42,961 nt of DNA from Parcubacteria group bacterium CG1_02_40_25 (GTDB lineage Bacteria > Patescibacteriota > Minisyncoccia > Portnoybacterales > CG1-02-40-25): NCBI GenBank assembly GCA_001872305.1, contig MNWF01000023.1:1-42961 (forward strand), written 5' to 3'. The notes under the pieces are model-generated. The model ran no database searches. It worked only from the letters and a program-made list of their open reading frames with translations, and was not told the DNA's origin. This document shows positions 23,342-32,262 of this stretch, in pieces (position 1 is the stretch's first letter; each line of letters opens with the position of its first letter). The position numbers were made by a program, and so were the translations under genes.

Positions 23342-23437
23342 AGTGATAATAAAATAACACAAAAAGTTATTTGCCGCAACAAAAAATCGCCTATCGGGAG
23401 GCGTAAAAAAACTAACCATTGGATTAATAACAATAGT

Positions 23438-23788
23438 TTACTTAACGGCCACTTCTAATTTATTAATTCTTTTTTCGTGATTCTCAATCTTTTTATCAGC
23501 GCGTTGATTGGTGTTAATTTGTATCGTGTGCTCTTGATTTATCGATTCTGTGTTGTGAAGGATGTGATCTAAAGTGTTCGCGGTATCATCAAAGCGCGAA
23601 TTGACTTCTTCTTTAAATTCGCCTAAATCGATTTTGAGTTCGTTTAAATCTGTCTTAGTGGCGAATCTTAACTCTATTGCTGGCAAGAACACTTTATTAT
23701 TATATCGTACTAGAGAGCTTAGCGTTAGTGGTTTTTCCGCGGGTTGCTTGTGTTTGACTTTTCTGTTTTTTATTTTTTTAATAGGCAT
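23438..23788 (-). CDS. Hypothetical coiled-coil protein
   Basis: ORF tightly packed between thrS and the MTTase gene on the same strand. No recognisable family. Confidence 0.5.
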   Translation of the reverse strand: MPIKKIKNRKVKHKQPAEKPLTLSSLVRYNNKVFLPAIELRFATKTDLNELKIDLGEFKEEVNSRFDDTANTLDHILHNTESINQEHTIQINTNQRADKKIENHEKRINKLEVAVK

Positions 23789-23791
23789 ATT

Positions 23792-25585
23792 TTATCGGAA
23801 ATTAATTAATTCCATTTTAACGCGTTCTAAAAACTTTTCCAGCGATATCGTACCCAAATCACCTTGTTCGCGGTGACGTACTGCAACGGTTTTTGATGCG
23901 ACTTCTTTGTCGCCAACCACTAAAACATAAGGGATTTTTTGTAATTGGGCTTCGCGGATTTTTTTGCCAATGGTTTCGTTGGCGTCAATTAGCTTAACTC
24001 GGAGCGTTGATGGACAAGTGTCTGCCATAAGATCTTGGGTAACTTGGCGAGCGTATTCAAGGTGTTTTTCGCCAATTGGCGCTACCCAAATTTGTTCTGG
24101 GGCTAACCATAGGGGCAAGGCGCCAGCGTAGTGTTCTAATAAAATCCCCATAAAACGCTCAAAAGAGCCCATAATTGTGCGATGGATTAACACAGGCGTT
24201 TTTTCTTTGCCGTCTTTATCCGAGTATTTACAGTCGAATTTTAAAGGCATTTGGAAATCAAGCTGGATAGTAGCACATTGCCAAGTGCGGCTTAAAGAAT
24301 CTTTCAACTGATAATCAATTTTTGGGCCGTAAAATGCGCCATCTTTTTCTTTAAGACCCCATTTATCTTGACCATAAACGTCATTAAGGATTTTTTTAAG
24401 GGCTACTTCGGCTTTGTTCCACGATGCAATATCGCCCATAAAATCATCGGGTCTAGTAGAAAGGTAGGGCATATATGATAGACCAAATGGTTGATAAATT
24501 TCATCAACTAATTTAATTACTTGTTTAATTTCATTTTCTATTTGGCTTTCGGTAATGAAAATGTGGGCATCGTCTTGTTTAAACTGTTGGACGCGAAATA
24601 AGCCGCCCAGCTGTCCTGATTTTTCTTTACGAGTGATTAGTCCTGGTTCGGCATAGCGCAAGGGCAAGTTGCGATATGACTTTGGCGAGTCGTTGTAAAT
24701 AATAATCGCGCCCGGGCAATCCATGGGGCGTAAGGCATATTGTTTTTCGTTTTTGTCAGTCGTAGTAAAATACATATCGTCTTTGTAGTGGTCCCAGTGG
24801 CCTGATTTTTTCCAGATTGCGGTGTCTAACATTGACGGCGCGATTACGAAATCGTAGTTGAATTTTTTTTGAGTGTTACGCCAAAATTCATAGAGTAAAT
24901 TATAGACAATCGTGCCTTTGGGGTGGAAAAAGGGCATACCAGGAGCTTGTTCGTGAAAACTAAAAAGATCAAGTTGTGTGCCGATTTTTCGGTGATCTCG
25001 TTTTTCTGCCTCCTCTAAATTATGTAAATAATCAGTCAGTTCCCTTTCGCTGTCAAAAGCCACGCCATAAATGCGAGTGAGCATTTGATTTTTTTCATCG
25101 CCGCGCCAATAAGCGCCAGATAATTTGGTAAGCTTGAACGCCTTAGGATCAATTTCTTTGGTGGAGTTAATATGCGGTCCAGCGCACAAGTCAGTAAAAT
25201 CGCCGTTTTGATAAATCGTGACAGTATCATCCGACAATCCTTTGATTAGTTCTATTTTATATTGTTGATTTTTAAATAGCGTCAGTGCCTCTTTTTTAGA
25301 AATTTCTTTTTTCGTAAACTCTAGATTTTGTTTGATTAACTGGCGCATTTTTTTTTCAATTTTAAGCAGGTCTTCTTCGGATATGCTTTGGGTTTTGAGT
25401 TGTGGCTTTGGGCTTTGAGCTTTGAGCTTTGAGCTTTTGCTAAAATCAAAATCATAATAAAATCCATTTTCAATGGCCGGGCCTATACCGAATTTAACAT
25501 CGGGATAAAATTGGCCAACAGCAAAAGCCATTATATGGCTTAGTGAATGACGAATTGTTTCAATTTTGACTTGACTATTTGGCAT
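23792..25585 (-). CDS. thrS: Threonine-tRNA ligase (no N-terminal TGS domain) with a 7-mer-repeat insert
   Basis: RHSLSHIMA editing-domain His motif, GFYYDFD, class II motifs (FRVQQFKQDDAHIF, IHRTIMGSFERF), C-terminal anticodon-binding domain. Confidence 0.95.
   Translation of the reverse strand: MPNSQVKIETIRHSLSHIMAFAVGQFYPDVKFGIGPAIENGFYYDFDFSKSSKLKAQSPKPQLKTQSISEEDLLKIEKKMRQLIKQNLEFTKKEISKKEALTLFKNQQYKIELIKGLSDDTVTIYQNGDFTDLCAGPHINSTKEIDPKAFKLTKLSGAYWRGDEKNQMLTRIYGVAFDSERELTDYLHNLEEAEKRDHRKIGTQLDLFSFHEQAPGMPFFHPKGTIVYNLLYEFWRNTQKKFNYDFVIAPSMLDTAIWKKSGHWDHYKDDMYFTTTDKNEKQYALRPMDCPGAIIIYNDSPKSYRNLPLRYAEPGLITRKEKSGQLGGLFRVQQFKQDDAHIFITESQIENEIKQVIKLVDEIYQPFGLSYMPYLSTRPDDFMGDIASWNKAEVALKKILNDVYGQDKWGLKEKDGAFYGPKIDYQLKDSLSRTWQCATIQLDFQMPLKFDCKYSDKDGKEKTPVLIHRTIMGSFERFMGILLEHYAGALPLWLAPEQIWVAPIGEKHLEYARQVTQDLMADTCPSTLRVKLIDANETIGKKIREAQLQKIPYVLVVGDKEVASKTVAVRHREQGDLGTISLEKFLERVKMELINFR
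25386..25437. repeat. 7-mer tandem array (CTTTGAG-like, about 7 units) inside the thrS CDS
   Basis: ctttggg ttttgag ttgtggc tttgggc tttgagc tttgagc tttgagc. Gene-strand translation is SKLKAQSPKPQLKTQ. Confidence 0.8.
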
Positions 25586-25619
25586 ATGTTTGTTATTTTA
25601 ATTTTGGAGGTGATAGTAA

Positions 25620-25882
25620 TGCCAGCACGAGTTTTGTTAACGATAATTGAGACAGATATGGAGCATGTTGTTATAAAAGATGTTTATATCGGTCAGGGTG
25701 GCGAAGCGTGCACCGTTTTGGTGGGCTATGATGAGGTTAAACGAATATTCTATTTCGAGATTTACAACCTTGGTGGCGATGAGGTCTTGAAAAAAGTTTA
25801 TTTAAAAAACGGGCAAATTTTTGTTGCTAACAATGATGGACGATCTGATTTTGATATAAAATTAGACACGTCCGAATTTTAG
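25620..25882 (+). CDS. Hypothetical protein (87 aa)
   Basis: SD ggaggtg (25604-25610) 9 nt before the ATG at 25620. The ORF-track start at 25547 overlaps thrS and has no SD. Confidence 0.45.
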
Positions 25883-25923
25883 CTATCATTAGTTCGTTGC
25901 TAATTATTTTAGTAACGGATTTT

Positions 25924-28900
25924 TTATTTTATCTCCTCCACTTCATCGCAAATCAAACTCATAGATCCATTACGATAATTAAGTTTGCCAATCACATAAA
26001 CCGGTTTATCAAGTTGCCAAAAATGGGCGGTTTTAGCCAGTGTTCGCGGAAACACCACGGTTTCGCACCTGCCAGTTAAATCTTCTAAGCCAACAAAAAG
26101 CATGGGCTCGTTGTTTTTAGTCATTATTTTATTAATCTTAGTGATCAGCCCGGCCACGCGAACTCTTTGTCCATTGATTTTACTCTCTAATTGGCGACAA
26201 GGCAAGGCACGCTGTTTTAAAACCGCGGCATATTGCGCTAAGGGATGTTCGGACACATAAAGACCAAGTAATTCTTTTTCCCACAAAAGTTTTTGTCTTT
26301 TAGGCAGGGGCTCGGCTTTGGCCAAGCGTAACTGCGGTGAGGCCACATTGGTCATGGCGCCAAACAGGCTGGTTTGGCCAACGTAGTGAGCACGTTGGAT
26401 TTCGTGGGCGTAATTTAACAGCGGTTCTATGTTTTCTAAAATTTCTTCACGCATAGTCAGGGAATCCAATGCGCCGCATTTGGCCAGAGATTCCAAGGAT
26501 TTTTTATTAAGATCTCTTGATTTAACGCGTTCAATAAAATTTTCAACACCAGAAAAATGGCCGCTTTGCTGGCGTTCTTGGACAATGGCTTGGACGATAT
26601 TTTGACCAACATTCTTAACCGCGTTTAAGCCAAAGCGAATTTTATCGCCAGCGACCACAGTAAAATCAGCTTGGCTTTCGTTAACATCTGGCGCCAGAAT
26701 ATCAATATTAATATCGCGGCATTCGCCGATTAAAAAAGCAATACGTTCAATGTCATTTTGCTCTGATGTTAAAAGCGCGGCCATAAACTCACTGGGATAA
26801 TGGGATTTTAAATACGCGGTCCAATAGCCAATCATGGCGTAACAAGTGGAATGCGCTTTGTTAAAACCGTACCGGGCAAATGGTTCAATAAAGTGCCAAA
26901 CTGATTCCGCGGTTTCGCCATCAATGCTATTTTTCGCGCAACCTTTGATGAATTTTTCGTGTTGTTCGTTGAGCAGTTCTTTAATTTTTTTACCGACTGC
27001 TTTGCGCAAAACATCAGCTTCAGCTAATGTGAAGCTGGCTAAATCGCGGACGATTTCTAAGACCTGTTCTTGATAAACGGCGATGCCATACGTGGCTGAT
27101 AAAATTGATTCAAGTTTGGGGTGTAAGTATTCAATTCGTTTATAGCCATGTTTGCGAGCGATAAAGTCGGGGATAAATTCCATGGGGCCTGGCCGATAAA
27201 GAGCGACCATAGCAATGATATCCTCAAATTTTGAAGGGATTAACTGCTTTAAATACTTTTTCATACCTTGCGATTCCAGTTGAAAGATGCCTGTGGTTTG
27301 GCCTTTTTGAAAAAGCTCCATGGATTTTGGATCGGCTAAGGGTAGGTTGACTAATTTGATTTCCTCGTTATGGGCTACTTTGACGCGATTGATTGTGTCT
27401 TCAATAATGGTCAAGTTTTTAAGTCCTAAAAAATCCATTTTTAAAATACCCAAAGCAGTGACTGAATTCATGCCGTATTGAGTGACGATAGCTGTATCGC
27501 CTTGGGTGGCGTGTTGCAATGGAATAATTTTATTCAGTGGATCTTTGGTGATGACGACGCCGCACGCGTGAGTGGAAGCATGTCGCGCCACGCCCTCTAA
27601 TTTTTTAGCAGTGTCAATTAGTTTTTTAACGCGGCTATCAGTGCGATAAGCGTCTTTGAGCTCTTGCGATTGTTCCATGGCTTCGTTCAATTTTAAGCCA
27701 AAAGGCACGGCTTTGGCAATTTGGTCGCAAAGATTATACGGTAGATTGGTGGCGCGTCCCACATCGCGAATAGAGCCGCGGGCCGCCATGGTGCCAAAAG
27801 TAATAATTTGAGCCACGTGATCTTGGCCGTATTTGCGGCGTACATATTCAATCACTTCATCCCGTCTGGTATCAGCAAAGTCCAGATCAATATCAGGCAT
27901 TTCCACCCGGTCAACATTTAAAAATCTTTCAAACATTAAATTATATTTTAAAGGGTCAATGTCGGTCACATTAAGCAAGTAAGAGACCAAAGACCCAGCC
28001 GCGGATCCTCGGCCTGGGCCAACAACAATATTATTAGCTTTGGCCCAGTTAACAAAATCTTGAACAATTAAAAAATACGAAGCAAAGCCAGTTTGACCGA
28101 TGACTTTTAATTCATAATTAAGTCGATCGTGGATTTTTTGTTCTTGTATGGCTTCCGTATTTGTTCCGTATCGTTTTGTCAATCCTTGTTCTGCCAGTTT
28201 TTTTAAAAAAGCGTCGGCGTCATTTGAGGGCGTGGCAAAATGGGGCATTTGGGTTTTGTAAAGTTCCATTTCAAATTTACATTGGCTAACAATCTTTTGG
28301 GTGTTGTCAACGGCATCAGGCGTGGCGGAAAACCACTTGACCATTTGTTCTTGGGGCTGAAGTGAAAAATTACTGTTTTTCATGCTCAATCGGCCTTCAT
28401 CGGCTACCTTTTTGTCGGTATTAACCGCCATTAAAATATCTTGAGCTTCCGCGTCTTCGGGGTTGATATAGTGAACATCATGGGTGGCCACCAACGGAAT
28501 TTTGTATTTTTTGCCGATTTTAATTATGGCTTGATTGGTTAATTTTTGTTCGGGGATTTCTGGGTGATGTTCAATTTCTAAATAATAATTGCCTTTGCCA
28601 AAAATATCTTGATATTCTAAGGCGTGACGTTCCGCCACCCCAAGTTTATTGGCTTGAATTTTACGGGGGATTTCGCCAGCTAAACAAGCAGAACAAGCGA
28701 TTATGCCTTCGCTATGCTGGCGTAAAAGTTTTTTATCCACTCGTGGTTTATAATAAAAACCATCAAGCCAGGCCTTGGTGGTGAGTTTGACTAAGTTTTG
28801 ATAACCTTTTTCGTTTTTGGCGAGCAAAACCAAGTGGTAGCGTCGGCCGTCAATCTTGGGACGTTTTTGACGCATGCCGTTGGGTGCCACATAAACTTCA

Positions 28901-29094
28901 GAGCCAATGATTGGTTTGATGCCAGCCTTTTTTGCTTTTTGATAAAATTCTACAGCTCCATACATCGCGCCGTGGTCGGTAATGGCGAGTGCCTCCATAT
29001 TTAAATCAGCCGCCTTTTGGATCAAGGGGTCGATTTTTGCCAGGCCATCAAGCAAGGAGTAATGCGAATGGACGTGAAGATGCGTAAATTTCAT
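25924..29094 (-). CDS. dnaE: DNA polymerase III alpha subunit
   Basis: PHP domain start FTHLHVHSHYSLLDG, palm and fingers (GPGRGSAAGS, PDIDLDF), OB fold near the C-terminus. 1056 aa. Confidence 0.97.
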   Translation of the reverse strand: MKFTHLHVHSHYSLLDGLAKIDPLIQKAADLNMEALAITDHGAMYGAVEFYQKAKKAGIKPIIGSEVYVAPNGMRQKRPKIDGRRYHLVLLAKNEKGYQNLVKLTTKAWLDGFYYKPRVDKKLLRQHSEGIIACSACLAGEIPRKIQANKLGVAERHALEYQDIFGKGNYYLEIEHHPEIPEQKLTNQAIIKIGKKYKIPLVATHDVHYINPEDAEAQDILMAVNTDKKVADEGRLSMKNSNFSLQPQEQMVKWFSATPDAVDNTQKIVSQCKFEMELYKTQMPHFATPSNDADAFLKKLAEQGLTKRYGTNTEAIQEQKIHDRLNYELKVIGQTGFASYFLIVQDFVNWAKANNIVVGPGRGSAAGSLVSYLLNVTDIDPLKYNLMFERFLNVDRVEMPDIDLDFADTRRDEVIEYVRRKYGQDHVAQIITFGTMAARGSIRDVGRATNLPYNLCDQIAKAVPFGLKLNEAMEQSQELKDAYRTDSRVKKLIDTAKKLEGVARHASTHACGVVITKDPLNKIIPLQHATQGDTAIVTQYGMNSVTALGILKMDFLGLKNLTIIEDTINRVKVAHNEEIKLVNLPLADPKSMELFQKGQTTGIFQLESQGMKKYLKQLIPSKFEDIIAMVALYRPGPMEFIPDFIARKHGYKRIEYLHPKLESILSATYGIAVYQEQVLEIVRDLASFTLAEADVLRKAVGKKIKELLNEQHEKFIKGCAKNSIDGETAESVWHFIEPFARYGFNKAHSTCYAMIGYWTAYLKSHYPSEFMAALLTSEQNDIERIAFLIGECRDINIDILAPDVNESQADFTVVAGDKIRFGLNAVKNVGQNIVQAIVQERQQSGHFSGVENFIERVKSRDLNKKSLESLAKCGALDSLTMREEILENIEPLLNYAHEIQRAHYVGQTSLFGAMTNVASPQLRLAKAEPLPKRQKLLWEKELLGLYVSEHPLAQYAAVLKQRALPCRQLESKINGQRVRVAGLITKINKIMTKNNEPMLFVGLEDLTGRCETVVFPRTLAKTAHFWQLDKPVYVIGKLNYRNGSMSLICDEVEEIK

Positions 29095-29112
29095 TGTCGT
29101 TTTTTTGCGTCG

Positions 29113-29142
29113 TTGTCATCCTCGGTCTCGACCCGAGGATCC
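29113..29142. repeat. Short TGTCAT palindrome upstream of dnaE
   Basis: ttgtcatcctcggtctcgacccgaggatcc. An inverted near copy is nested at 35289-35318. Confidence 0.65.
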
Positions 29143-29151
29143 AATTCTAAA

Positions 29152-29766
29152 TTAATGTCTTTTTTTAAAATACATCACTCCAAAGATAATTAATAATATT
29201 AGGGCAATAATCGTTAGTCCAGCGAAAATTCTGAAAATTATAAAATCGGCAATATTAGTTAGGATAGATGCCGTCATTTTGCCTGGCGAGGTCTTAGCTA
29301 AAAATAAAGTGCCAAAAGAAAAAAGAGCTATGACAATACTAATCTTTTTTAGTTGGTTTGGCATTTTGTCTAAAAAATTTTTGGCGCGTAAGGATATTTG
29401 GTCTTGCCAGCTTAAATGTTTGGCTAAATTTTCTTGTAAATCAATAATTGCCTGATAATAAGCGGCAATGGTAGTTTTGGTTTCATCGCGATCAATGGAA
29501 AAATGCGGCTGGTTAAGGATTTTTTGATAAGTCGCTCGGGCGTTATTCAATTTATTTGGTAGGCCTAAAAACTTTTTAGCAAATTGGATTTGACTGGCTG
29601 GCGTTTTACCCGGAATTTTTTTAGCTTCCAAAACTTGATGGAATATCTTTTCCGTTTCCACCACCGCCATTTTGTAACCAGAAAAAGTGCCTTCTTCCAA
29701 GGCGCGCTCTACCGATGACCAATCTAAGTTGTATTTATCAATACTCATATATTTGCCTAGAATCAT
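29152..29766 (-). CDS. Hypothetical membrane-anchored protein
   Basis: Soluble N-terminal helical part plus two C-terminal TM helices. An alternative start is at 29748. Confidence 0.55.
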   Translation of the reverse strand: MILGKYMSIDKYNLDWSSVERALEEGTFSGYKMAVVETEKIFHQVLEAKKIPGKTPASQIQFAKKFLGLPNKLNNARATYQKILNQPHFSIDRDETKTTIAAYYQAIIDLQENLAKHLSWQDQISLRAKNFLDKMPNQLKKISIVIALFSFGTLFLAKTSPGKMTASILTNIADFIIFRIFAGLTIIALILLIIFGVMYFKKRH

Positions 29767-29884
29767 TATAGCAAATCTTTGCCGTTACGTAAAACAAAGT
29801 TTTGTAAGGTAACGAGACGGCCGTAAAGCCTCAAAAAATGGTTTTTGTCAGGCTGAATGATCCGACGTCGGATGCTTTGATTGG

Positions 29885-29917
29885 TTAAAAATAAAATCCT
29901 ACTTTTTAGTAGGATTT
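29885..29917 (-). terminator. Rho-independent terminator after guaA
   Basis: aatcctac (29895-29902) / gtaggatt (29909-29916). On the minus strand it is followed by a T-rich run (complement of 29887-29894). Confidence 0.65.
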
Positions 29918-29947
29918 CTGGTTAGAATTTTAACGCTATTTAAAAGA

Positions 29948-31471
29948 TTATTCCAGCTCTATTGTAGCTGGCGGTTTGCTGGTAGTGTCAAAGGCAACTC
30001 TGACGATTTTAGGATGCTGGGTTAAGGCGTTTTCAATCTCGGTTTTAATCCCAGAGGGAATATGATAGCCCGTAGTAGTCATAAAATCAAGGGTGATGAC
30101 TGGCCGAACAGTAATAGTCCAACCGTAAACCCTGGCATCGCCTTTGACGCCAACACTGCGGCCGGTTAAAGCAATAACTAATTGGCTGATTTCGTGGTAA
30201 ATATCGTGGCGGCGTAGGGTTTTTGTGACTTGCTTATCCGCCCAACGGACAATCTGTAGTTTTTCAACAGTCACCGGCGTGTCGATAATACGGACAAATA
30301 GCCCAGGCCCCGGAAATGGTTGGCGTTCGCTAATCCCTGGTGGTAAGCCAAGTTTTCGGGCTAAATCACGGATCTCGTATTTGAAAAATTCAGCTAAGGG
30401 ATCCCATTGCTTGAGTGAAATTTTCCCAGTGTTGTGATGGGTTTTAATAACAGTAGATTGGCCAACTTTGCCAGATTCAATTTTATCTGGGGCTAATGTC
30501 CCTTGAATGAGCCATTGAGCTCCAAATTTTTCAGCTTGTGTCAATAAAATCTGACCGTATAATTTTTGAAAGATACGGCGTTTTCTTTGTGGGTCAGTGA
30601 TTCCTTGTAATGCTTTCAAAAAACGTCTTTGAGCGTGGACGATTTTTAAACGGACACCGGCGACTTGCGCGTTGTGTTTGATTTCTGTCAATTCATCTTG
30701 GCGTAAATTACCAGCGTCAATGCAAATAGCCAGTAAATTTGGGCCTAGGGTTGGTCCAATGGCAGCTCCCACGGTTGATGAATCTACCCCGCCACTAAAA
30801 CCCAAAATAGCTTTCTCGCCCTTTATCAATAGTTGTGCTTTTTCTCTGATGTTGTGAATTGCACCTAGTCCAGACCAGTCCTTGCAACATTTGCAGATAC
30901 GAAAAAGGAAGTTGGCAAAAATGGTTTGACCATGCTCTGTTTGAGTGACTTCGGGATGAAACATTACTCCCCAGATTTTTTTGTCCAAATTAGAAATGCC
31001 AACTATTTGGCGATCAGTAGTAGCCGAATAGGCGATCGTTAGAAATCCTTTTGGCAATTGATCAATACTATCTCCGTGGCTCATCCATGTAACATTACCA
31101 TTTTTATCGTTTGGGATGTCTGCGGAAAGTTCGTCATCAATATTGAAAATTACTTGCGTTTTTCCATATTGTTTTTGGCTATAAGGCGCGCAAATTTTGC
31201 CGTTAAGTTTGCTGACTAACCATTGCATACCATAACAAATTCCTAAAATAGGAGTGCCTAGATCTAAAATTCCTGTTGGTGGTTGGGGTGCATTTGACTC
31301 ATAAACACTGGCATAGCCACCTGATAGGATCATGCCTTTTGGCCGATTATTTTTTAGCCAAGCGTTTACTTGATCAGGCGCCAGAATGGTTGACCGTACG
31401 CCCAGTGCGCGCAAAGCGCGGCTGATTAGTTGGGTGTATTGCGAACCCAAATCAATAATTGCGATTTGCAT
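29948..31471 (-). CDS. guaA: GMP synthase (glutamine-hydrolysing)
   Basis: GATase ICYGMQ and HPE motifs, ATP-PPase SGGVDSS, C-terminal dimerisation domain ending PPATIELE. SD aggagg upstream. Confidence 0.95.
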   Translation of the reverse strand: MQIAIIDLGSQYTQLISRALRALGVRSTILAPDQVNAWLKNNRPKGMILSGGYASVYESNAPQPPTGILDLGTPILGICYGMQWLVSKLNGKICAPYSQKQYGKTQVIFNIDDELSADIPNDKNGNVTWMSHGDSIDQLPKGFLTIAYSATTDRQIVGISNLDKKIWGVMFHPEVTQTEHGQTIFANFLFRICKCCKDWSGLGAIHNIREKAQLLIKGEKAILGFSGGVDSSTVGAAIGPTLGPNLLAICIDAGNLRQDELTEIKHNAQVAGVRLKIVHAQRRFLKALQGITDPQRKRRIFQKLYGQILLTQAEKFGAQWLIQGTLAPDKIESGKVGQSTVIKTHHNTGKISLKQWDPLAEFFKYEIRDLARKLGLPPGISERQPFPGPGLFVRIIDTPVTVEKLQIVRWADKQVTKTLRRHDIYHEISQLVIALTGRSVGVKGDARVYGWTITVRPVITLDFMTTTGYHIPSGIKTEIENALTQHPKIVRVAFDTTSKPPATIELE

Positions 31472-31589
31472 TTGTGCCTCCTATGTTGAATTGTTGATGA
31501 GCTAACCAGATTAACTTGTCATCAGTAGTATAATTAAAAATAAGAATTTAGTCAAATGTTTTTCGCGTACGTTTAATAGCGCAAAAAAC

Positions 31590-31617
31590 TTGACGATAAA
31601 TTATTTTGGATTATGCT
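31590..31617 (+). promoter_or_regulatory. Possible promoter for the 31775 ORF and its leader
   Basis: TTGACG (31590-31595), 16-nt spacer, TATGCT (31612-31617). Confidence 0.35.
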
Positions 31618-31774
31618 ATAGACGAGTTTATTATCGGTGTTCTTAAAATTTAGATAGGAGGGCGTGATTATGAAACTAGAGCCATAGGTTCTACTAAAAC
31701 TGTCCTTAGACTCTTTAGGCGTCGTTGATGTGAATATTGTTGATGCTGATGCTTGGCCACAAAGGAGAATGATA

Positions 31775-32188
31775 ATGGAAAAGCACAGGAGACGTCGGGT
31801 AATAAAATATGTTGGTTTGCCAAAACTTTATTTAGAAACAGCTGATTATCGTTTGACCGTCCATCCATACGGTCCGCAATATGACGAAGCAGTTGGTAGG
31901 ATTTATCAGTTGAGTCAGGCGTCTGGACCCGATCTATCTGAGGCTAAAATTGCTTATGTGAAATCAATTAAATTAGTAATTCCTGATACTTTTTACCAGC
32001 ATCCGGAAGTTGGCGAAGTGATGCCAATTAAAGTTCGCTATCAGTGCCGGCAAGGTGATGAAGTGGTTTTACTGGCTAAGGTTGACTATGATCGTTATGA
32101 GAATATGCCCGATTTAAAAAATCGTGGTGGTAACTGGTTTATGCTTAAGCTATATTTTGAAAGCGCCTCAAGAATTGTTTTGGATTAA
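31775..32188 (+). CDS. Hypothetical protein (137 aa)
   Basis: SD aaaggag (31761-31767) before the ATG at 31775. Terminator downstream at 32211-32240. Confidence 0.5.
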   Translation: MEKHRRRRVIKYVGLPKLYLETADYRLTVHPYGPQYDEAVGRIYQLSQASGPDLSEAKIAYVKSIKLVIPDTFYQHPEVGEVMPIKVRYQCRQGDEVVLLAKVDYDRYENMPDLKNRGGNWFMLKLYFESASRIVLD

Positions 32189-32210
32189 TCAAGAATCTAA
32201 AATAAAATTG

Positions 32211-32240
32211 GCAGCGGGTAAAATACTCGCTGCTTTTTAA
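32211..32240 (+). terminator. Rho-independent terminator
   Basis: gcagcg (32211-32216) / cgctgc (32228-32233) plus T5. Confidence 0.7.
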
Positions 32241-32247
32241 TTGTTTG

Positions 32248-32256
32248 TGCTATAAT
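32248..32256 (+). promoter_or_regulatory. Extended -10 element (TGcTATAAT) 6 nt upstream of the rnhB ATG
   Basis: tgctataat at 32248-32256. The ATG at 32263 is where a TSS would be expected. Confidence 0.45.
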
Positions 32257-32262
32257 ACATTT

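Noticed and set aside
22238-23419. Longer N-terminal extensions given in the ORF track: MTTase from 23419, rpsP from 40723, rnhB from 32245, the 25547 start, the CDP-alcohol transferase from 34468, the 31730 start.
   Set aside because: The extensions add non-conserved residues upstream of canonical family N-termini, or precede better-placed SD/ATG combinations. Shorter starts were chosen, though without experimental support.
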